This document shows, piece by piece, positions 1 to 13,257 of a DNA stretch of 64,000 nt. The position numbers and the translations under genes are program-made. Below the pieces are notes generated by a model, which saw only the letters and a list, made by a program, of their open reading frames with translations, was not told where the DNA came from and ran no database searches. Numbering within the stretch: the first letter of the stretch is position 1; the number at the start of each line of letters is the position of its first letter. Source of the DNA: Eledone cirrhosa (lineage: Eukaryota); the NCBI GenBank assembly GCA_964016885.1, contig OZ024743.1, forward strand, positions 183,830,001 through 183,894,000, read 5' to 3'.

Positions 1-3000
1 CCAAGGGTGTGGTATATGTTGGAATGTGTATAGGTAGCAGTGAGTAGACCAAGGGTGTGGTATATGTTGGAGTGTGTATAGGTAGCAGTGGGTAGACCAA
101 GGGTGTGGTATATGTTGGAGTGTGTATAGGTAGCAGTGGGTAGACCAAGGGTGTGGTATATGTTGGAATGTGTATAGGTAGCAGTAAGTAGACCAAGGGT
201 GTGGTATATGTTGGAATGTGTATAGGTAGCAGTGGGTAGACCAAGGGTGTGGTATATGTTGGAATGTGTATAGGTAGCAGTGGGTAGACCAAGGGTGTGG
301 TATATGTTGGAATGTGTATAGGTAGCAGTGAGTAGACCAAGGGTGTGGTATATGTTGGAGTGTGTATAGGTAGCAGTAAGTAGACCAAGGGTGTGGTATA
401 TGTTGGAGTGTGTATAGGTAGCAGTAAGTAGACCAAGGGTGTGGTATATGTTGGAGTGTGTATAGGTAGCAGTGAGTAGACCAAGGGTGTGGTATAAGTT
501 GGAATGTGTATAGGTAGCAGTAAGTAGACCAAGGGTGTGGTATATGTTGGAGTGTGTATAGGTAGCAGTGAGTAGACCAAGGGTGTGGTATATGTTGGAA
601 TGTGTATAGGTAGCAGTGGGTAGACCAAGGGTGTGGTATATGTTGGAATGTGTATAGGTAGCAGTAAGTAGACCAAGGGTGTGGTATATGTTGGAGTGTG
701 TATAGGTAGCAGTGTGTAGACCAAGTGTGTGGTATAAGTTGGAATGTGTATAGGTAGCAGTAAGTAGACCAAGGGTGTGGTATATGTTGGAGTGTGTATA
801 GGTAGCAGTGAGTAGACCAAGGGTGTGGTATATGTTGGAATGTGTATAGGTAGCAGTGGGTAGACCAAGGGTGTGGTATATGTTGGAATGTGTATAGGTA
901 GCAGTGGGTAGACCAAGGGTGTGGTATATGTTGGAATGTGTATAGGTAGCAGTGGGTAGACCAAGGGTGTGGTATATGTTGGAATGTGTATAGGTAGCAG
1001 TGGGTAGACCAAGGGTGTGCTATATGTTGGAATGTGTATAGGTAGCAGTGAGTAGACCAAGGATGTGGTATATGTTGGAATGTGTATAGGTAGCAGTGGG
1101 TAGACCAAGGGTGTGGTATATGTTGGAATGTGTATAGGTAGCAGTGAATAGACCAAGGGTGTGGTATATGTTGGAATGTGTATAGGTAGCAGTGGGTAGA
1201 CCAAGGGTGTGGTATATGTTGGAATGTGTATAGGTAGCAGTGAGTAGACCAAGGGTGTGGTATATGTTGGAATGTGTATAGGTAGCAGTGAGTAGACCAA
1301 GGGTGTGGTATATGTTGGAATGTGTATAGGTAGCAGTGGGTAGACCAAGGGTGTGGTATATGTTGGAGTGTGTATAGGTAGCAGTGAGTAGACCAAGGGT
1401 GTGGTATATGTTGGAGTGTGTATAGGTAGCAGTGAGTAGACCAAGGGTGTGGTATATGTTGGAATGTGTATAGGTAGCAGTGGGTAGACCAAGGGTGTGG
1501 TATATGTTGGAGTGTGTATAGGTAGCAGTAAGTAGACCAAGGGTGTGGTATAAGTTGGAGTGTGTATAGGTAGCAGTGGGTAGACCAAGGGTGTGGTATA
1601 TGTTGGAATGTGTATAGGTAGCAGTGGGTAGACCAAGGGTGTGGTATATGTTGGAATGTGTATAGGTAGCAGTGAGTAGACCAAGGGTGTGGTATATGTT
1701 GGAATGTGTAAAGGTAGCAGTGAGTAGACCAAGGGTGTGGTATATGTTGGAGTGTGTATAGGTAGCAGTAAGTAGACCAAGGGTGTGGTATAAGTTGGAG
1801 TGTGTATAGGTAGCAGTGGGTAGACTAAGGGTGTGGTATATGTTGGAGTGTGTATAGGTAGCAGTAAGTAGACCAAGGGTGTGGTATAAGTTGGAGTGTG
1901 TATAGGTAGCAGTGGGTAGACCAAGGGTGTGGTATATGTTGGAATGTGTACAGGTAGCAGTGAGTAGACCAAGGGTGTGGTATATGTTGGAGTGTGTATA
2001 GGTAGCAGTAAGTAGACCAAGGGTGTGGTATATGTTGGAGTGTGTATAGGTAGCAGTGGGTAGACCAAGGGTGTGGTATATGTTGGAATGTGTATAGGTA
2101 GCAGTGAGTAGACCAAGGGTGTGGTATATGTTGGAATGTGTATAGGTAGCAGTGAGTAGACCAATGGTGTGGTATATGTTGGAGTGTGTATAGGTAGCAG
2201 TGAGTAGACCAAGGGTGTGGTATATGTTGGAATGTGTATAGGTAGCAGTAAGTAGACCAAGGGTGTGGTATATGTTGGAATGTGTATAGGTAGCAGTGAG
2301 TAGACCAAGGGTGTGGTATATGTTGGAATGTGTATAGGTAGCAGTGAGTAGACCAAGGGTGTGGTATATGTTGGAGTGTGTATAGGTAGCAGTAAGTAGA
2401 CCAAGGGTGTGGTATAAGTTGGAGTGTGTATAGGTAGCAGTGGGTAGACCAAGGGTGTGGTATATGTTGGAATGTGTATAGGTAGCAGTGAGTAGACCAA
2501 GGGTGTGGTATATGTTGGAATGTGTATAGGTAGCAGTGGGTAGACCAAGGGTGTGGTATATGTTGGAGTGTGTATAGGTAGCAGTGAGTAGACCAAGGGT
2601 GTGGTATATGTTGGAATGTGTATAGGTAGCAGTGGGTAGACCAAGGGTGTGGTATATGTTGGAGTGTGTATAGGTAGCAGTAAGTAGACCAAGGGTGTGG
2701 TATATGTTGGAGTGTGTATAGGTAGCAGTGGGTAGACCAAGGGTGTGGTATAAGTTGGAGTGTGTATAGGTAGCAGTGGGTAGACCAAGGGTGTGGTATA
2801 TGTTGGAATGTGTATAGGTAGCAGTGGGTAGACCAAGGGTGTGGTATATGTTGGAGTGTGTATAGGTAGCAGTGAGTAGACCAAGGGTGTGGTATAAGTT
2901 GGAGTGTGTATAGGTAGCAGTGGGTAGACCAAGGGTGTGGTATATGTTGGAATGTGTATAGGTAGCAGTGGGTAGACCAAGGGTGTGGTATATGTTGGAA

Positions 3001-4378
3001 TGTGTATAGGTAGCAGTGAGTAGACCAAGGGTGTGGTATATGTTGGAATGTGTATAGGTAGCAGTGGGTAGACCAAGGGTGTGGTATATGTTGGAGTGTG
3101 TATAGGTAGCAGTGAGTAGACCAAGGGTGTGGTATATGTTGGAATGTGTATAGGTAGCAGTGGGTAGACCAAGGGTGTGGTATATGTTGGAGTGTGTATA
3201 GGTAGCAGTAAGTAGACCAAGGGTGTGGTATATGTTGGAGTGTGTATAGGTAGCAGTGGGTAGACCAAGGGTGTGGTATATGTTGGAGTGTGTATAGGTA
3301 GCAGTAAGTAGACCAAGGGTGTGGTATAAGTTGGAGTGTGTATAGGTAGCAGGGGGTAGACCAAGGGTGTGGTATATGTTGGAATGTGTATAGGTAGCAG
3401 TGAGTAGACCAAGGGTGTGGTATATGTTGGAGTGTGTATAGGTAGCAGTGGGTAGACCAAGGGTGTGGTATATGTTGGAATGTGTATAGGTAGCAGTAAG
3501 TAGACCAAGGGTGTGGTATATGTTGGAGTGTGTATAGGTAGCAGTAAGTAGACCAAGGGTGTGGTATATGTTGGAGTGTGTATAGGTAGCAGTGAGTAGA
3601 CCAAGGGTGTGGTATATGTTGGAATGTGTATAGGTAGCAGTAAGTAGACCAAGGGTGTGGTATATGTTGGAGTGTGTATAGGTAGCAGTAAGTAGACCAA
3701 GGGTATGGTATATGTTGGAATGTGTATAGGTAGCAGTAAGTAGACCAAGGGTGTGGTATATGTTGGAATGTGTATAGGTAGCAGTGAGTAGACCAAGGGT
3801 GTGGTATATGTTGGAGTGTGTATAGGTAGCAGTGGGTAGACCAAGGGTGTGGTATATGTTGGAGTGTGTATAGGTAGCAGTGAGTAGACCAAGGGTGTGG
3901 TATATGTTGGAATGTGTATAGGTAGCAGTGAGTAGACCAAGGGTGTGGTATATGTTGGAATGTGTATAGGTAGCAGTGAGTAGACCAAGGGTGTGGTATA
4001 TGTTGGAGTGTGTATAGGTAGCAGTAAGTAGACCAAGGGTGTGGTATATGTTGGAATGTGTATAGGTAGCAGTGGGTAGACCAAGGGTGTGGTATATGTT
4101 GGAATGTGTATAGGTAGCAGTGAGTAGACCAAGGGTGTGGTATATGTTGGAGTGTGTATAGGTAGCAGTAAGTAGACCAAGGGTGTGGTATATGTTGGAA
4201 TGTGTATAGGTAGCAGTGAGTAGACCAAGGGTGTGGTATATGTTGGAGTGTGTATAGGTAGCAGTAAGTAGACCAAGGGTGTGGTATATGTATAGGTAGC
4301 AGTGGGTAGACCAAGGGTGTGGTATATGTTGGAATGTGTATAGGTAGCAGTAAGTAGACCAAGGGTGTGGTATAAGTT
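1..4378. repeat. 48-bp minisatellite array (~91 copies, continues past window start)
   Basis: Tandem unit ccaagggtgtggtatatgttggaRtgtgtataggtagcagtRRgtaga; variation concentrated at three sites. The long minus-strand ORFs are by-products of the 48-bp (16-codon) period. Confidence 0.98.
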
Positions 4379-4554
4379 CTGACATTTCAGTTTCTTCAGA
4401 CTTTCAGTAGACATCAAACAAGAACAATCTGTTTAGTTTTAATCTGTCATATTTAATCTCTACTTCTGTCTTTATTCTTCCTTCTCTCTTGTTTTCTTAT
4501 AGCTATTTCATTGTTCTTGCTACACAGTCTTTCAAATCATATTATGGCCAGCCG

Positions 4555-4830
4555 CAGCTGTGAGCCTCACGAGTTGGAATGGCTCTTCCAGCGCATCTCC
4601 CTTACCATCCTCCAGGGAAACGCCTTCTCCATTTTGTCCGCCAGGGCTGTGGGGAGGCCAGCACGTGCGACCTCATTTGCTCACCATACGGAGAGATGGG
4701 GAGGGCGAGAGAGATGGAGGTGATGACAGTGGGAGTTTGGCTCTTTCACGTTCGAACCATATTCTTGTGGTTGTGTTCATCAAGCCCTAGTGCAGTAATA
4801 AAATAAGTAATTGTGTGAGATATTAAGTGA
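4555..4830 (+). mobile_element. 3' remnant of a CRE-like non-LTR retrotransposon
   Basis: Translation LEWLFQRISLTILQGNAFSILSA resembles the CRE C-terminal 'LFQRLSxxIQRGNAxSIL' motif; followed by probable 3' UTR. Confidence 0.6.
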
Positions 4831-5247
4831 ATACGGTGACACACCCCTATGACAGAGTTTGTGGTAGCATATAAGAAGGAATTGGGATAATGTTCAACAC
4901 TGTATTCTTCATCAGCTCTTTGTGAACATTTTCTAAGTTCCTTTTCACTGGAACTTACATTTAAACCTCCTGTGACCAATTCTTTCTCTGACATCATTTT
5001 AGCAGAATATCAGGAGGTCATTCAGCTAATGTGCCCTAAGCAACCATTCAAACATAACATCTACAACCAAATAGTATTTCAAATAGTACACAAGAAATCA
5101 GGAGATTGGTGACTGTGGAAACTCTAGAGCATTCAGTCAACTTACTAACCTTCATTGCTACCCTATACCTTATACCCATGACATCGCATTATAATTAATG
5201 TGTCTGTATATTTGTATGTATGGGTATGTGTGTATGTGTATATATAT

Positions 5248-5310
5248 CATCATCATCATCATCATCATCATTTAACCTCAATTTTCTATGCTACCATGGG
5301 TAAGACCGTT
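5248..5310 (-). mobile_element. SINE 3' tail fragment with (GAT)n end
   Basis: Reverse complement resembles the tail at 6675-6713 (acccatgctagcRtRgaa...); ends in (gat)n. Confidence 0.5.
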
Positions 5311-5323
5311 TTGTTTCATTAGA

Positions 5324-5372
<49 letters not shown>

Positions 5373-5470
5373 AGGGAGTGTAACTTGGAGTTACTGTAGG
5401 TTCACCCGAGTGAGCACTCGATGTTTAGGTTCACTTGAGTGTCGAGGTGTAGAGCTAGCAGAGTGTATTA

Positions 5471-5694
5471 TAGTGAAAAAAATAACAAGGATGATTGGTT
5501 ACTCCTTCATTACATTTATTGGTTGGTGATGCGCGTTTCGCCACTGATCAGCTCAGGGTTCGATCTGTATCGATCTTCCCCGACTCTGTAATCTGCGGCG
5601 CGATCCTCCCCGACTCTGTAATCGGCAAAACACGCATCACCAACCAATAAATGTAATGAAGGAGTAACCAATCGTCCTTGTTATCTTTTCACTA
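5471..5694. repeat. Inverted repeat, probable Penelope pLTR remnant
   Basis: 5471-5542 is the reverse complement of 5624-5694; contains a degenerate 'gaaacgcgcatc' hammerhead 3' half. Confidence 0.7.
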
Positions 5695-5857
5695 TATATA
5701 TCTTTTGTCGCATCACTAGTCTGAGGAGTAGATCGAAACTGGAGTCGGGTCCATAACTCCTATGGATCACCTTCAGCTAATCCTTTACGAAACTCGCGTG
5801 ACAGGTCGGTACACAAGAAATATTTTTCATATGTAAACGAAACTTCTTCGTTTTTTC

Positions 5858-5910
<53 letters not shown>

Positions 5911-6191
5911 TATGCTTATATACATTTTTTCTTCTAACTTTGATTTTATATCTAATTGTGTATGGTTGACAATATATTTAATTGATTTCCACGTGCTATT
6001 AGAAATGCTGGGTAAATATTCTATAGCTGTTGATCGCGGATAGATAGCTGTCGTTTATTTATCTATTATTTCTTCATAGGTGCCTTTTAATCTTATAGCC
6101 TTGTTTAATTGGTTTTTTGTGTTGTTGATTATACTGATTGGGAGAGGAGATGAGGTATATATTTAATCAAATGATTCTATGGACATACTTT

Positions 6192-6250
<59 letters not shown>

Positions 6251-6333
6251 ATAATGATAAATTTGAAGACTAAAATCCAAAGAGGGCTCGATAAGGATAA
6301 ATATATATCAAATATATAAGAACCGTAGAGCAA

Positions 6334-6448
6334 ATATTTATTAAAATAACAGATTAAAGTTTAAGCAAAGAATCGCTGCTTTCACCCTTAAGATCCCGTT
6401 AAGGGTGAAAGCAGCAATTCTTTGCTTAAACTTTAATCTGTTATTTTA

Positions 6449-6456
<8 letters not shown>
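6334..6456. repeat. Near-perfect hairpin palindrome
   Basis: atatttattaaaataacagattaaagtttaagcaaagaa...ttcacccttaa followed by its reverse complement after a short spacer. Confidence 0.85.
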
Positions 6457-6484
<28 letters not shown>

Positions 6485-6539
6485 GTACAAGCCAAAGCTG
6501 AAACATATAGACAGTATACCCTCCTCCTCCTCCCACTGT

Positions 6540-6713
6540 AAAGTGGTCATGTAGGCACCACAAAAATACACCATCCAGTACTCACTGGTAATTAGGTTGG
6601 TCTTAGGAAGGGCATCCAGCTGTAGAAATCAAGCCCAAATCAGTTCTGAATGTGCAAGACATGGTCACCTGACAACCCGTCTAACCCATGCTAGCGTGGA
6701 AGAATGGACATAA
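6540..6713 (+). mobile_element. Octopus-type SINE (3' portion)
   Basis: Contains ggttgg..ttaggaagggcatccagctgtagaaa and aacccgtctaacccatgctagcgtggaa, recognised from memory as an abundant octopus SINE body/tail. Confidence 0.6.
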
Positions 6714-6716
6714 CAA

Positions 6717-7020
6717 CTAGTTAGGAAACTACAAGTACAATCCATTAATGGAACAGTAAAAATATGTAAAACATTCCAAAAATTTTGCATCTAATAACTG
6801 CATATACACATGTACAGATACAAAGCATATACACATGCACACATACAACTCAAAACATACATATCCACACATACAATAACATCCATATCTACACATGCAT
6901 ACATACATATCTACCTAGTTGATGTTGTGTAAATTCCAATGAGAGAGTCTTGTGTCTATGTTAGAAACCGACTCTCTCTCTCTATTGGTAAAACTTTGTG
7001 AAATTATAAAACCAGAAGAA
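6717..7020 (+). mobile_element. 3' remnant of a diverged R4/Dong-clade RLE retrotransposon (copy A)
   Basis: 6717-6794 reads LVRKLQVQSINGTVKICKTFQKFCI*, aligning to the C-terminus of copies B/C (LIHSLQMAAIAGTFKICKTFLRFKG*); different 3' UTR; ends directly at (CATA)n. Confidence 0.8.
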
Positions 7021-7044
7021 CATACATACATACATACATACATA

Positions 7045-8919
7045 TTAAGGCTTTACAGTTAGCTAAAGTCCCACAACCATTGGTAGCTGCTGTTGAACGC
7101 CTGACCAAGAACTGGTACACCAATTTGATCCTTAGAGGTGAGAAGGAGCAGGTTAAGACTGATAAGATACATTACCAGAAGGGCATCTTTCAGGGTGATA
7201 GCTTGTCAGTGCTACTCTTCGTTCTCTCACTGAATCCACTATCTTACCTACTCAGGAAACAAGGTGGACAAAGAAGTGGGCCCAGAAGTATCTCCCATCT
7301 TTTCTTTGTTGATGACCTGAAGCTGTATGGGCCAAAAATCAATGACATCAAGAAACAATTGGACCTCATTACACAATTTTCAACCGACATCAAAATGAAA
7401 TTTGGTGAGTCCAAGTGTGCATATTTGGCAGTAAAACGTGGAAGAGCTGTGCCCTCCTCTAGAAATCTAGAGATGAACGGCCTGACAATACAACCTCTGC
7501 AGTCAGGTGACAACTACAGATATCTTGGACAGGATGAGAATGTCAGATATGATGGACCCATAAATAAGGAGAGAACCAGAACTGTATACCTCAGAAGAGT
7601 AAAGAAAATATGGTCATCAGAACTGTCAGCATACAACAAATACATTGCCCACAATACTTATGCTGTGCCAATTCTAACGCCAACATTTGGCCTGCTGAAC
7701 TGGTCATTGCAAGAACTAAGTGAGATGGATGTTAGAACTCGCAAACTTCTCAGTGTTACTGGGAACTTTAACATCAATGGTGATGTTGATAGGCTATACT
7801 TCTCATGCAAGGAAGGTGGTCGGGGTCTAAAATCAATATTAACAACATATGAGACCCGGATAGTAACACTGAAGCAACACCTTCAACAGAGGAAAAAGGT
7901 TGGCAACCATCTTGCCCAGGTTTATGACCATGAAAAAAGAAATATCATTAGAATAGTGACTGATCTGGAGGAGAGATATGGAATAAAGCCTGATATAAAT
8001 CTCTCACCAAGAGAAATCGGAAGATCCTATTCAATGTTCAAACAAGATAATAAAATTGACCAATTTACAGAAAAAGTTGTGCATGGATACTTGAGGCGTA
8101 AAACACAGACCATAGAGGGGATAAACCACTCAAAAAGCCTGGCATGGAGTTCCGACAAGTTTATGACATCACACCTTGAGGGATATCTCTATGCAATACA
8201 GGAACAAGAACTCCCTACCAAATATCTGCTGCACAAAAGAGGAGGGCCAGCAGCTGACAATAAATGTAGGCTATGTAAAACAAAGATCGAGGATGTAAAC
8301 CACATTGTTGCCAGCTGCGAAAGAATGTCATCTCGTTACTACCTCCCCATGAGACACGATGGGATAGCTAGAACCATCTGGAACGCACTTCGGAAAACAA
8401 AATTAACAACAAACGAGGAAGAATATATTGAGACAGATGGCACTAAGGAATACTGGTGGAACCTGAAAATAAAAACTGCCACCAAATTAAAGCACAACCG
8501 GCCTGATATTGTTGTTTGGGACCACACATTGAAAACGTGTTCTGTTGTGGAGATCAGCTGCCCACTTGATGTAAACGTTGTCAGAAAAATACAGGAGAAG
8601 GAGGACATCTATGGACCATTGATGAGGAGTTTACAAATCCAGTATCCAAGATACACCTTTAGCTTCATACCCACTATTATTGGAGCTATGGGTTATATAC
8701 CAACCCTCTTGGACCAAAGTATGACTGAACTTGGATTTGCGGACAAAAAACGCAGCTCCCTAATTCATAGTCTACAAATGGCTGCGATAGCTGGCACCTT
8801 CAAAATTTGCAAAACATTCTTGCGATTCAAGGGATGACAATTTCTTTTCTTTTACAAACCTTGCCACCAGGAAGGTGGCCGGTCAAAAAAATATACTCGA
8901 AATTAAGAGAAAGAGAAAA
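7045..8919 (+). mobile_element. 5'-truncated R4/Dong-clade non-LTR retrotransposon (RT + CCHC + RLE), copy B
   Basis: Open frame to 8837 with GIFQGDSLS, FVDDLKLY, YRYLG, CRLC..H...C, RHD, RPDIV..D..VEISCP..K..Y; (CATA)n on both sides. Confidence 0.95.
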
Positions 8920-8973
8920 CATACATACATACATACATACATAAATACATACATACATACATACATACATACA

Positions 8974-9354
8974 TGGTGGCTGCCAACTCATTTTCGAGTA
9001 CGGCCACTACTTTATATCCATGTAGGAGAACCCCTACCGATGCGCTGAACGAGTGTGACTTTTTAGTCCAGCCAGCGACTTGAAAACTTTGGTACAAACA
9101 CTACACTTGTGACAATTACTGACACATAGTGCTGGGCCCATGGTACCATGTGACGACAAGTGCAGAGAAATCTCCAGATAGAAAGCAATGCCTGTGCCGT
9201 GAAGCTTTTATAGTGAGCAAAGGCACTGCACAAAGCCAGTCCCACTCTCTTAACCAAGATGATATTTACCAAAAAGAAGAACAAGTCAACATCATTGGAT
9301 ACCATCAGGGTTGCAGGTGTTATATCAGAGTTTTCCTTCTCCTAGAATTCTGCC
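8974..9354 (-). mobile_element. 5'-truncated non-autonomous RTE-related element
   Basis: Near-identical to 31191-31571 and to the copy at 59115; splits a (CATA)n tract. Confidence 0.85.
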
Positions 9355-9412
9355 TACATACATACATACATACATACATACATACATACATACATACATA
9401 CATACATACATA

Positions 9413-12392
9413 GTTGGCAGTTATCTGAAGGCTATACGATCTAAAGGTGTAGAAACGACATTTGAAACGCTTAATGTTTTGTTATATGTTTCAGCTGTCA
9501 CATTGCTATCATATAACACACATCTAAAACCACGCAATCAAGATACAAGCAGAAAGCCTGAACCAGCGTGGATGCGAAATTTAAAAACCAAAATTTTGTC
9601 CCTGAGACGAAGTATCTCACACATCGCAGTCGCTATGAAATGCAACATAGAGAGCAACTTCACACGACACCAGGAAGACCCAAAGAAAAAGTTAGAGAGA
9701 CGATTTGGAGATACAAAATTTAAAACTTTGAACTCCAAATTACACCAGTTGAAACAACAACTCACAGCTACAACAGAAAGACTAAAATATAAGTCAACAG
9801 CACATAAACGACAAGTGCTAAATAGATTGTTTGCCAGAGATCCTAAATCAGTTTATCGCAGCTTCGGTGGCAAAAGCTCAATCTCTGTAAATGACACCCC
9901 TTCAAAAGAACAGGTTGAGAGCTTCTGGAGATCTGTATGGGAAACGGATGACGGATTCAATAGACAAGCTAATTGGCTAAAAGAACTGGAACAGGACTAC
10001 TGCCAACATGTCCAGACAAAACAATATGACATAGATGGGTCAATACTGGAAACAGCTCTACAGAAAATGTCGAATAGGAAATCGCCAGGCCCAGACCTCA
10101 TTACAGGATACTGGTTGAAGAATTTCACTTTCTATCGGCAAGATCTCATACGGCTGTTTACAGAAACCATTAAGGGCACACAAGAACTGCCCAGATGGTT
10201 ATCAACTGCCTCTACTCTCCTCATTCCCCAAAATAGCCAAACCACCCTTGCTAAAAATTACCGCCCAATTGCCTGCCAAAACATCATGTATAAATTATAT
10301 ACTGGGTGCCTTCACCTGTTCTTACAGGATCACTGTGCTACCAACAACATCATAACACCTGAGCAAGCTGGTGGAAAGAGGGAGGTGTGGGGTTGCATAG
10401 ATCACCTACTAACTAACAAAATGATTCAGGAAAAAACAACAAAGAATCGCAGAAACATGACTGTCGTGTGGCTGGACTATCAAAAAGCATTTGATAGTGT
10501 ACCTCATGGGTGGATTGTTAAGGCTTTACAGTTAGCTAAAGTCCCACAACCATTGGTAGCTGCTGTTGAACGCCTGACCAAGAACTGGTACACCAGTTTG
10601 ATCCTTAGAGGTGAGAAGGAGCAGGTTAAGACTGATAAGATACATTACCAGAAGGGCATCTTTCAGGGTGATAGCTTGTCAGTGCTACTCTTCGTTCTCT
10701 CACTGAATCCACTATCTTACCTACTCAGGAAACAAGGTGGACAAAGAAGTGGGCCCAGAAGTATCTCCCATCTTTTCTTTGTTGATGACCTGAAGTTGTA
10801 TGGGCCAAATATCAATGACATCAAGAAACAATTGGACCTCATTACACAATTTTCAACCGACATCAAAATGAAATTTGGTGAGTCCAAGTGTGCATATTTG
10901 GCAGTAAAACGTGGAAGAGCTGTGCCCTCCTCTAGAAATCTAGAGATGAACGGCCTGACAATACAACCTCTGCAGTCAGGTGACAACTACAGATATCTTG
11001 GACAGGATGAGAATGTCAGATATGATGGACCCATAAATAAGGAGAGAACCAGAACTGAATACCTCAGAAGAGTAAAGAAAATATGGTCATCAGAACTGTC
11101 AGCATACAACAAATACATTGCCCACAATACTTATGCTGTGCCAATTCTAACGCCAACATTTGGCCTGCTGAACTGGTCATTGCAAGAACTAAGTGAGATG
11201 GATGTTAGAACTCGCAAACTTCTCAGTGTTACTGGGAACTTTAACATCAATGGTGATGTTGATAGGCTATACTTCTCATGCAAGGAAGGTGGCCGGGGTC
11301 TAAAATCAATATTAACAACATATGAGACCCGGATAGTAACACTGAAGCAACACCTTCAACAGAGGAAAAAGGTTGGCAACCATCTTGCCCAGGTTTATGA
11401 CCATGAAAAAAGAAATATCATTAGAATAGTGACTGATCTGGAGGAGAGATATGGAATAAAGCCTGATATAAATCTCTCACCAAGAGAAATCGGAAGATCC
11501 TATTCAATGTTCAAACAAGATAAAAAAAATTGACCAATTTACAGAAAAAGTTGTGCATGGATACTTGAGGCGTAAAACACAGACCATAGAGGGGATAAAC
11601 CACTCAAAAAGCCTGGCATGGAGTTCCGACAAGTTTATGACATCACACCTTGAGGGATATCTCTATGCAATACAGGAACAAGAACTCCCTACCAAATATC
11701 TGCTGCACAAAAGAGGAGGGCCAGCAGCTGACAATAAATGTAGGCTATGTAAAACAAAGATCGAGGATGTAAGCCACATTGTTGCCAGCTGCGAAAGAAT
11801 GTCATCTCGCTACTACCTCCCCATGAGACACGATGGGATAGCTAGAACCATCTGGAACGCACTTCGGAAAACAAAATTAACAACAAACGAGGAAGAATAT
11901 ATTGAGACAGATGGCACTAAGGAATACTGGTGGAACTTGAAAATAAAAACTGCCACCAAATTAAAGCACAACCGGCCTGATATTGTAGTTTGGGACCACA
12001 CATCGAAAACGTGTTCTGTTGTGAAGATCAGCTGCCCACTTGATGTAAACGTTGTTAGAAAAATACAGGAGAAGGAGGACATCTACGGACCATTGATGAG
12101 GAGTTTACAAATCCAGTATCCAAGATACACCTTTAGCTTCATACCCATCATTATTGGTGCTACGGGTTATATACCAACCCGCTTGGACCAAAGTATGACT
12201 GAACTTGGATATGCGGACAAAAAGCGCAGCTCCCTAATTCATAGTCTACAAATGGCTGCGATAGCTGGCACCTTCAAAATTTGCAAAACATTCTTGCGAT
12301 TCAAGGGATGACAATTTCTTTTCTTTTACAACCTTGCCACCAGGAAGGTGGCCGGTCAAAAAAATATACTCGAAATTAAGAGAAAGAGAAAA
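9413..12392 (+). mobile_element. 5'-truncated R4/Dong-clade retrotransposon, copy C (frameshift near 11525)
   Basis: KSPGPD, NYRPIAC, WLDYQKAFDSVPH, GIFQGDSLS, FVDD, CCHC and RLE motifs; nearly identical to copy B; frameshift in an A-run; (CATA)n on both sides. Confidence 0.95.
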
Positions 12393-12426
12393 CATACATA
12401 CATACATACATACATACATACATACA

Positions 12427-12457
<31 letters not shown>

Positions 12458-12490
12458 CAGCTCTACCCTCCCTCTGCCGTGGCTACCGTA

Positions 12491-13257
12491 ACTATTGGTA
12501 TGAGTCATAAATAATTTTCATATTTTAAAAGCAAGTTGTAATTACGCAGCATTTCAAACTTCCAGCGTTTTACACGTAACCGGAAATAACCTGATTAGAG
12601 AGAGAGTCTTCAACAGTCATTCTTATTTCATTAGTGAAAGGGTGCGTATCATAATTTAATCTATGATTTCACACCCCTAACATGGAGGAACTGAAAGTGC
12701 ATATTCGACTCGTAATGTTGTGGGAGTTTAAGAATAACAAAAATACCACAGAAGCAGCTGAGAAAATGTGTAGTGTTTATGGCCAAGGTGTCATTACTGA
12801 CCGCCAAGTCTGAAACTGGTTTTCAATGTTTAATTCTGGGGATACGTTATTGAGAGATGAATCCAGACCAGAACGCTCATCAGACCTCGATCAAGATGCT
12901 TTAAGAGAATTGGTGGAATGCAATCCGCGCAAAAGTACTCAAGAATTAGCATTTGACCTCAACACATCCCAATCCACAATCTGCCGCCATTTGGAAAAGA
13001 TAGGAAAAGTGAGCAAACTGAGTGTTTGGGTTCCTCAAACTCTTAGTGAGAAGAATAAGGAAGATCACATATCCATAGTGACATGTCTTCTTTCAATGCA
13101 GAGAAATGATCCGTTTCTTGAGAATATCATCACAGGTGATGAAAAATGGGTCTTTTATGACAATGTTCAATGCAAAAGACAATAGATTGACATGGATGAA
13201 TCTCCGCAGTCTACTCCAAAGGCGGAGCTTCGTGGAAGAAAAGTTATGCTATGTATC
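12491..13257 (+). mobile_element. Truncated mariner transposon (transposase pseudogene, ATG at 12682)
   Basis: MEELKVHIRLVMLWEF...WVPQTL...IITGDEKWV...KVMLC with internal stops; C-terminal half absent. Confidence 0.9.

Noticed and set aside
1020-4385. 1121-aa and 845-aa repetitive ORFs
   Set aside because: Two frames are open simply because the 48-bp unit lacks stops on that strand; no unique domain.
5715-5805. ctgagga...gaaactcgcgtg hammerhead-like motif
   Set aside because: No valid NUH triplet or convincing stem I; at best a decayed remnant.
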